From: Methylococcaceae bacterium TMED69
GTDB lineage: Bacteria; Pseudomonadota; Gammaproteobacteria; Ga0077536
Length of the DNA stretch: 64,000 nt
NCBI GenBank assembly: GCA_002170535.1
Contig: NHDW01000001.1
Location: forward strand, 59,899-123,898
Reading direction: 5' to 3'
Shown here: piece after piece, positions 37,582-46,159 of the stretch
Layout of the letters: the number at the start of each line of letters is the position of its first letter
Numbering within the stretch: position 1 is the stretch's first letter
Made by a program: the position numbers and the translations under genes
Notes under the pieces: model-generated
The model's database searches: none
What the model saw: the letters and a program-made list of their open reading frames with translations, nothing else
What the model was told of the DNA's origin: nothing

Positions 37582-38655
37582 ATGGCAATCGGAATTTTAA
37601 AGGAAACTAAAGTCAAAGAATACCGTGTGGCTCTAGATGATTCTCAGGTAGCTCGATTAGTTTCTGCTGGTGTACAAGTGTTTGTAGAGAGTGATGCAGG
37701 TTTGGGTGTTGGAATTACCGATGACAATTATATTGACGCGGGTGCAACGGTAATCGGAGATCCTGAGGAACTTATCAGTGTCTCTAAGGTTGTCATTAAG
37801 GTAAAAGAACCGAATATAAAAGAATGTAAACTTTTACAACCCCACCAGATATTATTTTGTTATTTACATTTGGCGGCATTCCCGGAACAGACTCGCTTGC
37901 TTTGTGAATCCGGGGTTACTGCTGTTGGTTTTGAGACTGTGAGCACTTCTGATGGGCAGTTGCCACTCTTAAAGCCTATGAGTCAAATTGCGGGTAGGTT
38001 GGCTGTACAGAATGCAGTCCATTTTCTTCAAAAGCATGAAGGTGGAAGGGGTGTACTGATGTCTGGAGTTGGTGGAGTCGAGAGAGGAAGAATTTTAATC
38101 ATTGGTGGAGGGACAGCGGGAGAAAATGCCGCTTCTATCGGTGTGGGACTGGGAGCTGAAGTAACAATTTTTGATAGGTCGCTGGAAAGGTTAGATTATT
38201 TGGCTGATAAATTTGGTTCTAATTTAAATTATGTCTACCCCACAACTAAAGCCTATGATGAGCACCTTTCTAATGCTGACATAGTTATTGGCTCTGTGTT
38301 GATTCCAGGAGCAAGTGCCCCAAAATTAGTCTCAAGAAATATGGTAGGCAATATGAAAGTAGGCGCTGTTGTTGCGGATATCGCGATAGACCAGGGTGGT
38401 TGTATAGAAACTTCTCGACCTACTTCCCATGATGAACCGACCTATATTGTTGATAACGTAATCCACTATTGTGTGGCTAATATTCCTAGTGCGGTACCTC
38501 TTACCTCAACTAAAGCATTAAGTAACTCGATCTCACCTTACGTTCAGATTTTGGCTGAAATAGCTAACCCAATTGACTTAGTTACAAAAAACCATCCATT
38601 GAAAAGCGGTGTTAATATTTATAATGGTGAGGTCCGTCTAGATAATCTACAGTAA
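37582..38655 (+). CDS. ald: alanine dehydrogenase
   Basis: Near-colinear with Bacillus Ald. Matching segments: ILKE.K..E.RVAL, KVKEP, LFCYLHLAA, GVTA.GFETV, LPLL.PMS.IAGR, IIGGG..G.NAA..GVGLGA.VTI.D, VLIPGA.APKLV and IAIDQGG.IET.RPT.HDEPTY. Confidence 0.85.
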   Translation: MAIGILKETKVKEYRVALDDSQVARLVSAGVQVFVESDAGLGVGITDDNYIDAGATVIGDPEELISVSKVVIKVKEPNIKECKLLQPHQILFCYLHLAAFPEQTRLLCESGVTAVGFETVSTSDGQLPLLKPMSQIAGRLAVQNAVHFLQKHEGGRGVLMSGVGGVERGRILIIGGGTAGENAASIGVGLGAEVTIFDRSLERLDYLADKFGSNLNYVYPTTKAYDEHLSNADIVIGSVLIPGASAPKLVSRNMVGNMKVGAVVADIAIDQGGCIETSRPTSHDEPTYIVDNVIHYCVANIPSAVPLTSTKALSNSISPYVQILAEIANPIDLVTKNHPLKSGVNIYNGEVRLDNLQ

Positions 38656-38707
38656 GTTTGCTGTTACAGTTTATCAAAAACTTAGCAAAACTTGTTTTGG
38701 ACAATAT

Positions 38708-39946
38708 ATGAAAAAAAAAGAAGAAGAAATTTTAATAATTGGTGGTTCGATGGCTGGCTTATTAGCTGGGATGAGTCTGAAAAATAGAGGTTATGAGGTA
38801 AAAATTTTTGAGCGTAGCACATCTTCACTGGAAAATAGAGGCGCAGGAATAGCCACACATGACGAGCTTTACGAAGCTTTAGAGTTCGCAGGCTTGTCTT
38901 CAAAAGCGAGTATGGGAGTGGTTTCAGACGAAAGGTTGTTTTTCTCGAAGAATGGAGATGTGACCCACAGAGTGGCAATGCCTCAGACGATGACGTCGTG
39001 GGGTCTAATCTATCGGTTTTTAAAGTTAAAATTAAGTCCCGGAGAATATTATCCAGATCACTGTCTTAACAATATTTTATATTCTCCTGACGGTAAAATT
39101 ATTGCAAAATTTACCAATGGTAAAACTGTCCAAGGTGACTTCTTGGTAGGAGCTGATGGTAGTTTATCTAGGGTCAGGCAAATCCTGCTTCCACATATTA
39201 AACCAGAGCATTCAGGTTATATAGCATGGCGAGGTTTGGTAAACGAATCAGATATTCCGTCCTCTGCGCTTCATAAGTTGGCTAATAAGTTTAGTTTTGC
39301 TTTGACTGAGGGCGGGCATTGGCTGGGATATTTGGTTGCGGGTCCGAACGATGATTTAGCGGAAGGAAAAAGATGGTATAACTGGGTTTGGTACCAATGG
39401 GAGGACACTCATTCGTTAGAAAAGATTCTCACCGATAAATCAGGTAAATATTATCCTTCTGGAATACCTCCAAATTTAATAACCGAGAAAAGTAAAAATT
39501 ATATGCGAAAGAAAGCTGCTCAATTACCAAGTATTATTCGAGAGCTTGTTACAAAGACAAAAGTTCCTTTTTTACAGGGTATTCAAGACTTATGCGTGAA
39601 TAGATTGTCCTTTGACAAGGTCGTTTTGATAGGGGATGCCGCTTGTACTGCGAGGCCTCATGTTGGTCTAGGAGTCTCGAAGGCTGCTTCGGACGCCATG
39701 ACATTGACAAAAGCGTTGTTATCCCCTGACCGAGAAGAGGCTTTGGAGCGTTGGCAGCAATCTAGGTTGGAGTTCGCAAAAGCTGTATTTCAGTGGTCGC
39801 GAGATTTGGGAAGTTACATAGGAAGTCAGAAAAAAGATAAACCCACCGGTTTTAAAGCTGATTATTACGATGATCCGAATACACTCATAATTCAAAATGC
39901 CTCAAACCAGCCCAGTCATTATATTAAATACTATCTGGCACGATAA
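38708..39946 (+). CDS. FAD-dependent aromatic-ring-type monooxygenase (PHBH-fold flavoprotein hydroxylase)
   Basis: ILIIGGSMAGLLAG...EVKIFER dinucleotide motif, DFLVGADGSLSRVR (the GADG motif), and a C-terminal GDAA-like motif (IGDAACTARPHVG). Confidence 0.7.
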   Translation: MKKKEEEILIIGGSMAGLLAGMSLKNRGYEVKIFERSTSSLENRGAGIATHDELYEALEFAGLSSKASMGVVSDERLFFSKNGDVTHRVAMPQTMTSWGLIYRFLKLKLSPGEYYPDHCLNNILYSPDGKIIAKFTNGKTVQGDFLVGADGSLSRVRQILLPHIKPEHSGYIAWRGLVNESDIPSSALHKLANKFSFALTEGGHWLGYLVAGPNDDLAEGKRWYNWVWYQWEDTHSLEKILTDKSGKYYPSGIPPNLITEKSKNYMRKKAAQLPSIIRELVTKTKVPFLQGIQDLCVNRLSFDKVVLIGDAACTARPHVGLGVSKAASDAMTLTKALLSPDREEALERWQQSRLEFAKAVFQWSRDLGSYIGSQKKDKPTGFKADYYDDPNTLIIQNASNQPSHYIKYYLAR

Positions 39947-40020
39947 GGGGTTGGCTGAAGGGCAGCTTTGATTTAAGCTTAATGAAAATTAAAAAAATTA
40001 GGAATTAGGAAGGGAAAAAT

Positions 40021-41631
40021 ATGAAGGAAGAAGAATTGAAATTAGACGCTTTAGTTATTGGGGCTGGAGTAGCAGGTTTGTATCAATTATATCTATTAAG
40101 AAAACAAGGCTTGAACGTCAAAGTCATTGATGCGGGCTCAGGGGTAGGCGGCACTTGGTATTGGAATCGTTATCCTGGAGCAAGATTCGATTCTGCCTGT
40201 TACATTTATCAATATTTATTTGACGAAGAGTTGTATAAAGGTTGGAGTTGGTCTGAAAAATTTCCTGGACAACCAGAAATTGAGAGATGGATGAACTATG
40301 TTGCTGATAAATTAGAATTAAAAAAGGATATTCAATTTAGTACCGTTGTGAAATCAGCTACATGGGATCAACAGCGTTCGTCTTGGCAGGTATCAACGGA
40401 TTCTGGTCAAAAAATAGAATGTCAGTATCTCATTTCTTGCACTGGAATGTTATCGGCTCCGTTAGAGAATGTATTCCCCGGCCAGGATAAATTCGACGGA
40501 GATATTTTTCATACCGCACGTTGGCCAAAAGAATCAATTGATTTTTCTAATCGTAGGGTTGGTATAGTAGGGAATGGAGCTACGGGAATTCAGGTTATTC
40601 AAACAATTGCTCCTGACTGTAAAGAGTTGAAAGTTTTCGTTCGCACACCGCAGTACGTCAATGCAATGAATAATCCTAAATATTCAGACAAAGACGTTGA
40701 AGAATACAAAGATAAATTTCATTGGTTTCAAGAGAACTTACCAAAAACTTTTTCGGGATTCGAATTTGAATGGCAAGATGGCTCTTGGGCTGATAGCACA
40801 CCTGAAAAAAGAAGAGAGGTACTCGAAAGAATTTGGGAAAATGGTTCATTAGAACTATGGCTTTCCTCTTATAAAGAGATGTTTTTCGAGCAGGAAGTGA
40901 ATGATGAAATATCAAATTTCGTGCGAGAAAAGATGGAACAAAGACTCAAAGATCCACAACTATGTGAAATCCTTATTCCGAAAGATTACGGTTTCGGTAC
41001 CCATAGGGTTCCACTCGAGAATGGTTATCTGGAGAAGTTTCATCTCCCTCACGTAAACCTAATTAGTGTTAAAGATAATCCAATCGCAGAGATAACATCG
41101 AGCGGAATTCGCCTAAGTAATGGGCAATCTTTTGAACTCGACACAATTATACTAGCTACTGGTTTTGATGCTGGTTCTGGAGCGCTGACAAGGATTGATA
41201 TAAAAGGCAAGAGCGATCAGTTGCTTAAAGACGAGTGGAATCGGGAAATTAAAACAATGATGGGTCTTCAAATAAGCGGTTATCCAAACTTGTTCACAAC
41301 TGGTGCTCCGCTCGCGCCCTCGGCAGCGCTCTGTAATATGACGACTTGTTTACAACAACAAGCAGAATGGATAAGCGATTGCATAAGCTACGTTAATGGG
41401 CAGGGGAAAAAAGTTATTGAAGCCAGCGAGTCAGCTCAAGAGGCTTGGGTGTCCCATCATGACGAAGTCGCTGAACAGACACTGGTAACGAAAACAAGCT
41501 CTTGGTATATGGGTTCTAATGTAGACGGAAAACCGAGAAGGTTACTATCTTATATTGGCGGGGTGGGCAATTATCGAGAGAAATGTCTTGACGTTGCGAA
41601 AGCCGAATATACAGGTTTTAATATTACCTAA
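40021..41631 (+). CDS. type I Baeyer-Villiger monooxygenase (FAD/NADPH-dependent)
   Basis: Two Rossmann motifs (GAGVAGL and GNGATGIQ) plus the BVMO fingerprint F-x-G-x3-H-x3-W-P, here FDGDIFHTARWP. 536 aa. Confidence 0.85.
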   Translation: MKEEELKLDALVIGAGVAGLYQLYLLRKQGLNVKVIDAGSGVGGTWYWNRYPGARFDSACYIYQYLFDEELYKGWSWSEKFPGQPEIERWMNYVADKLELKKDIQFSTVVKSATWDQQRSSWQVSTDSGQKIECQYLISCTGMLSAPLENVFPGQDKFDGDIFHTARWPKESIDFSNRRVGIVGNGATGIQVIQTIAPDCKELKVFVRTPQYVNAMNNPKYSDKDVEEYKDKFHWFQENLPKTFSGFEFEWQDGSWADSTPEKRREVLERIWENGSLELWLSSYKEMFFEQEVNDEISNFVREKMEQRLKDPQLCEILIPKDYGFGTHRVPLENGYLEKFHLPHVNLISVKDNPIAEITSSGIRLSNGQSFELDTIILATGFDAGSGALTRIDIKGKSDQLLKDEWNREIKTMMGLQISGYPNLFTTGAPLAPSAALCNMTTCLQQQAEWISDCISYVNGQGKKVIEASESAQEAWVSHHDEVAEQTLVTKTSSWYMGSNVDGKPRRLLSYIGGVGNYREKCLDVAKAEYTGFNIT

Positions 41632-41688
41632 TCTGATTTAGTTGCGGTTTGATAGGATGTTAAACTTCATTGTTTTGGGGAGAATATA

Positions 41689-43737
41689 ATGACATGCATA
41701 TTAGGGATAGACGTTGGAGGTACATTTACCGACTTCGTCTATCATGATCCCTCTGAAGACAAGTTGATAGTTTGGAAAACCCTTTCAACACCATCAGATC
41801 CGGGAAAAGGAATTCTGGACGGCCTACAAAATCAACAGGTTGGCGGAGTAGATTACCTTCGTTTTGGAACAACTATTGCCACAAACGCGATACTTGAACG
41901 AAACGGTGCTACTGTGGCTTTTGTAACGACTTTGGGCTTTAAGGACGTTCCATTTATTCAAAGGGGAAAACGACAGAGTCATTACGATATAAATTGGATT
42001 AAGTCCAAGCCCTTAGTAAAAAGAAGACATTGTTTTGAAATCGACGAACGTATTACGCCTCGTGAAGGGGTCTACAAAGCGCTTGATGAAAATCAAGTCA
42101 GAAAAGTTGCTAGAGCGATAGGTAATGATCAAGAAATAGAAGCAATAGCAATTTGTTTACTTTGTTCTTATGTCATACCTGATCATGAGATTCGGGTAAA
42201 AGAAATTTTTAGAGAAGAAATTCCTGATAAGCCCATTTCTATATCTTATGACTTACTTCCGAAGTGGAAAGAACATGAACGATCTTCAACAACAATAGCT
42301 GATGCTTATTTGAAACCTCTGGTTTCAGAAAATTTGAAGAGGCTTGGTCACAAATTGTCCGAAGCAAAAGATATAAAAAGAGTGTCTGTAATTAAGTCAA
42401 ATGGAGGAGAGGTATCTCTAGAAGCAGCTAAAAATTGTCCAATTCATCTAAGTTTGTCTGGCCCTACCGGGGGAGTCATTGGTGCTCGACAACTTTCAAA
42501 CCTCATTAACATTGATCATATGGTTACGCTTGATATGGGCGGAACATCAACAGATGTTTCGACTGTAGTAGGCAGGACAGAAAGTTTTACAACGAGTTAT
42601 GAAATAGAGTTTGGCATACCAATTCAAATCCCAATGATTGATATAAGAACTATGGGTGCAGGTGGAGGCTCAATAGCGTGGATAGATAAGGGTGGAATGT
42701 TGCAAGTCGGTCCACAAAGTGCCGGCGCGGCTCCCGGCCCAGCCTGTTACGATAGAGGAGGAGAGTTGCCCACAGTGACAGATGCAAATGTGGTTTTAGG
42801 TAGAATTAACCCTCAATTCTTTTTGGGTGGAAATATGAAGTTAAGCGTGGAGAAAGCAAAGCAAGCAGTAAAATCAATAGCTGAACAGTTGGGAGAAACT
42901 TTAGAAAATACTGCGAATGGTATCGTGAAGATAGCTAATAATAATATGGTTGGTGCAACTCGGTTGGTATTGACTGAAAAAGGACTAGACCCAAGAGATT
43001 TTACTATGCTTGCATTTGGTGGAGCCGGCCCCGTGCATATTTCTGACTTGATGCAACTTGCAGGGACACCGAGTGGTATTGTGCCTAATCATCCCGGTCA
43101 ATTCTCCGCTTTTGGATTCACGATGACAGATGCAAGAGTTGATTTAGAACGGACTGCGCCAATGACGTCCAGGTTTTTTAATTTTGACTATGCTAATAGA
43201 GTCTTAAGTGATTTGGTCGCAGAATGCAGCGAGGCATTGGTAGAGCAGGGATACACAGAGAAGATAGAAGTATTGAAAACCCTAGAAATGCGTTATTTTG
43301 GTCAAAATCACGAATTAGAGATTTCATTCTACGATAATGAATTCTCAGAAAATGCAATATCTTCTGTTTGGGATTCTTTTCATGAAGCGCATAAGAAGCG
43401 TTATAATTTCGACATCCCTAACGAGACGATAGAACTAATAAGTATAAAAGTTACCGCTTTAGCTCTCACTCCAAAGCCCCAAATACCAATCATAGCGTAC
43501 TCTGATAAACTTCCATCTCCTTACGAAAAACGTCAAGTTTTTTTCGATAGTGGGATAGCAAGTGCCTCGGTTTACAGAAGAGAAGAGCTTCCAGTCGGTA
43601 AAATTTTTACAGGACCAGCGCTTATAGAAGAAGATGCATCTGTTACAGTTGTTAGTCCTGACATGCCAGTCCTTATTGACAAATACGGAAATATTGTCTT
43701 AGGTAAGTTAGCCGCGGAGTATAAAAACAAATTATGA
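41689..43737 (+). CDS. hyuA: hydantoinase/oxoprolinase family protein, A-type subunit (HyuA-like, ATP-binding)
   Basis: N-terminal GIDVGGTFTDFV, a central DMGGTSTD motif, and the family's ASKHA-fold pattern. 682 aa. Confidence 0.85.
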   Translation: MTCILGIDVGGTFTDFVYHDPSEDKLIVWKTLSTPSDPGKGILDGLQNQQVGGVDYLRFGTTIATNAILERNGATVAFVTTLGFKDVPFIQRGKRQSHYDINWIKSKPLVKRRHCFEIDERITPREGVYKALDENQVRKVARAIGNDQEIEAIAICLLCSYVIPDHEIRVKEIFREEIPDKPISISYDLLPKWKEHERSSTTIADAYLKPLVSENLKRLGHKLSEAKDIKRVSVIKSNGGEVSLEAAKNCPIHLSLSGPTGGVIGARQLSNLINIDHMVTLDMGGTSTDVSTVVGRTESFTTSYEIEFGIPIQIPMIDIRTMGAGGGSIAWIDKGGMLQVGPQSAGAAPGPACYDRGGELPTVTDANVVLGRINPQFFLGGNMKLSVEKAKQAVKSIAEQLGETLENTANGIVKIANNNMVGATRLVLTEKGLDPRDFTMLAFGGAGPVHISDLMQLAGTPSGIVPNHPGQFSAFGFTMTDARVDLERTAPMTSRFFNFDYANRVLSDLVAECSEALVEQGYTEKIEVLKTLEMRYFGQNHELEISFYDNEFSENAISSVWDSFHEAHKKRYNFDIPNETIELISIKVTALALTPKPQIPIIAYSDKLPSPYEKRQVFFDSGIASASVYRREELPVGKIFTGPALIEEDASVTVVSPDMPVLIDKYGNIVLGKLAAEYKNKL

Positions 43738-43946
43738 GATTTTCAGAAAACAAATATTACATAGAGAAATATATAAAATGCGATAACTGTGGAATGCTTA
43801 TCTATGGCGATGGTCTGAAATCTAAAGAATTTTCTAAATTGTTGTTTTGTAGCGATTGGTGTATAGATTGGTATAAATCTAAGTCAAAAGGTAATGAAGA
43901 TCCGCGTATACCGTTGCCTAAAAGTGGAATTCACGAAATCAACTAG
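43734..43946 (+). CDS. 70-aa zinc-ribbon protein, translationally coupled between hyuA and hyuB. Possible small third subunit.
   Basis: Its start ATG overlaps the hyuA stop (ATGA). It has C-x2-C ... C-x3-C (CDNCG ... CSDWC). The hyuB ribosome-binding site AGGAGG follows 8 nt after its stop. Confidence 0.5.
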   Translation: MRFSENKYYIEKYIKCDNCGMLIYGDGLKSKEFSKLLFCSDWCIDWYKSKSKGNEDPRIPLPKSGIHEIN

Positions 43947-43957
43947 GAGGCTAGCAA

Positions 43958-45655
43958 ATGGACATGATAAATATGAATATTATCGAGTCAGCTATGATAG
44001 CGATCGCTAAAGAAATGGGAATTAATGTACAAAAAACAGCGTACTCCACAATCTTTAGTGAAGCTGAAGATTTCACATGCGCATTGGCAAATCGTGCGGG
44101 TGAATTAATTGCCGTGGCCGACTTTTGTCCCTCTCAAATTGGAGGCGTTCCGCTGTTGGTTCGATCCATGTTGAAGGAAATTCCCCTCTCAGAAATTGAT
44201 GAAGGCGATGTGATTGTGCACAATGATCCATACAGAGGTGGGTTGCACACACCAGAACATACAGTATTCAAACCGATCTTTATCGACGGTGAAATCGCGG
44301 CATTTTCTGTATGTGTTGGTCACTTTGTAGAGGTTGGGGGGATGGCTCCAGGGGGGTTTCCGGGTGAAGCCACTGAAATTTTTCATGAAGGTTTGAGGGT
44401 CCCACCTGTGAAAATTATAAAAAAAGGAGTAGATGTTCCAGAGGTCTGGAAAATGATGTTGGCTAATGTTAGAACCCCTAGAGGAAACTATGGTGATATG
44501 AGGGCTCTGATTAGCGGAGTGGATCTAGGGGAAAAAAGACTTCAAGAATTAGTTAAAAAATACGGTAAAGATAAATTTAATACAATAGTTAAAGATCTTC
44601 TAGATTATTCTGAAAGGCGGATGAGAGCGGAAATCTCAGAATTTCCCGACGGTGTTTATCGATTTATTGATAGAGTCGAAGACGACGGTATAGAAGACAA
44701 AGAATATGAAGTGCACGTTGCCGTGCATGTCCAAGGAGATGAGGTGGTTATCGATTACACTGGCTCGTCAAGACAGGCAAAGGGTCCAATTAATGCCACT
44801 TTAGGAGTTGCTTGGTCAGCTGCGTTTAATGCCATGTTACATTTAACAGATCAAAGCATCCCAAAAAATTCTGGTTGTTTCAGACCAATTAGAGTGATCG
44901 CACCAGCTGGAACCGTAATGAATGTTAATTATCCGGGTTCTGAGGTTGGAGGAAACACAGAAACTCATCCTTTGATAGTAGCGGCTATATTTGGCGCGAT
45001 GGTGGAGTGCGTGCCCGATAGGGTTATGGCTTCTGAAGGAACCACTCATGGATGTTTTGTTTTCGGTGGTCATGATGACTACACTGATGAGCCTTTTGGG
45101 GGATTTGATTTCAGCTATGTAGGTTATGGAGGCCGTGCATTTGCTGACGGCAATGATGCAACAGATTCGATTAATGGAAACTGCGCAAACACTCCAATGG
45201 AAGTATTTGAAACAAGGTTTCCTTGGATAGTCGAGGAATATGCGCTAAGGCCAAACTCAGGAGGGGCTGGAAAATTTAGAGGTGGTTTAAGCAATGTGAA
45301 ACAAATGTTATGTACAGGAGGGATGTTAGTCAGCCAGATGACCAATAAGCATAAATTAGGCGCATGGGGCCTAGTTGGCGGAGAGGAAGGTAAAACCGGC
45401 GCAACGTTATTTAAAAAATCAGGTAGCGATAGCTGGGAGACGGCGGTAGAGGCTTATGGTAAAGTCAGCCCAAGTAAGTATTCGAATATTCCAATGCAAC
45501 CAGGAGACCGAGTTCGAGTTTCAGCACCTGGTGGAGGCGGATACGGTCAAGCGTCTGAAAGAGAAAAAAGTGATGTTCTTATGGACGTAAAGGAAGGTTA
45601 TATAAGTAAAGCTGATGCAATAAAATCATACCCAGTCAACGGCAGTGATTTGTAG
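43958..45655 (+). CDS. hyuB: hydantoinase B/oxoprolinase family protein (HyuB-like catalytic subunit)
   Basis: 565 aa with the characteristic HyuB N-terminal region (IAKEMGINVQKTAYSTIFSEAEDF). AGGAGG ribosome-binding site. Confidence 0.85.
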   Translation: MDMINMNIIESAMIAIAKEMGINVQKTAYSTIFSEAEDFTCALANRAGELIAVADFCPSQIGGVPLLVRSMLKEIPLSEIDEGDVIVHNDPYRGGLHTPEHTVFKPIFIDGEIAAFSVCVGHFVEVGGMAPGGFPGEATEIFHEGLRVPPVKIIKKGVDVPEVWKMMLANVRTPRGNYGDMRALISGVDLGEKRLQELVKKYGKDKFNTIVKDLLDYSERRMRAEISEFPDGVYRFIDRVEDDGIEDKEYEVHVAVHVQGDEVVIDYTGSSRQAKGPINATLGVAWSAAFNAMLHLTDQSIPKNSGCFRPIRVIAPAGTVMNVNYPGSEVGGNTETHPLIVAAIFGAMVECVPDRVMASEGTTHGCFVFGGHDDYTDEPFGGFDFSYVGYGGRAFADGNDATDSINGNCANTPMEVFETRFPWIVEEYALRPNSGGAGKFRGGLSNVKQMLCTGGMLVSQMTNKHKLGAWGLVGGEEGKTGATLFKKSGSDSWETAVEAYGKVSPSKYSNIPMQPGDRVRVSAPGGGGYGQASEREKSDVLMDVKEGYISKADAIKSYPVNGSDL

Positions 45656-45664
45656 GTAAAACTT

Positions 45665-46078
45665 ATGAGCAAGCTAACGAAAAGTCTTCATTGGTCAACT
45701 GTGATAGGTGAGAAAATATTGCTCGCTATTATAGGTTTCTTAACTATAGTTGCAGCTGGTCTTGATATTCTCGAAATGTACGACGCTAGAAAAATAGAAC
45801 TGGCCGACCTATTTTTATTATTCATTTATGCCGAAATAATAGGGATGGTTGGTGCATTCTATGCCAGTAGTCGTATTCCAGTTACATTACCAATAATAAT
45901 TGCCATGACCGCGTTATGTAGATTAATTGTGCTCCATAGTAAAGAAATGGACCCGATGATGTTGTTTGCTGAAGCAGGTGCAATTGCTATACTGGCCGCC
46001 GCCGCTTATGTGATGAGCCTTAAAGATAAAATTAGTTTAGAGAAAAGTGAACTAAGAGAACGGGTTTCGAAACAATAA
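45665..46078 (+). CDS. PsiE-like small inner-membrane protein (phosphate-starvation-inducible protein E family)
   Basis: 137 aa with 4 TM helices. Its spacing and residues resemble E. coli PsiE (YAEIIGMV compared with YFEFIALIV, and TALCRLIVLHSK compared with TAIVRLIIVDHK). Confidence 0.5.
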   Translation: MSKLTKSLHWSTVIGEKILLAIIGFLTIVAAGLDILEMYDARKIELADLFLLFIYAEIIGMVGAFYASSRIPVTLPIIIAMTALCRLIVLHSKEMDPMMLFAEAGAIAILAAAAYVMSLKDKISLEKSELRERVSKQ

Positions 46079-46159
46079 GACCGTTAAAATTTTGCCACGA
46101 TTCTGGAAAAGTTTCGCCGAGGAAGACCAGAAAATGTTGAGGAAATAATAGAACCTGCC

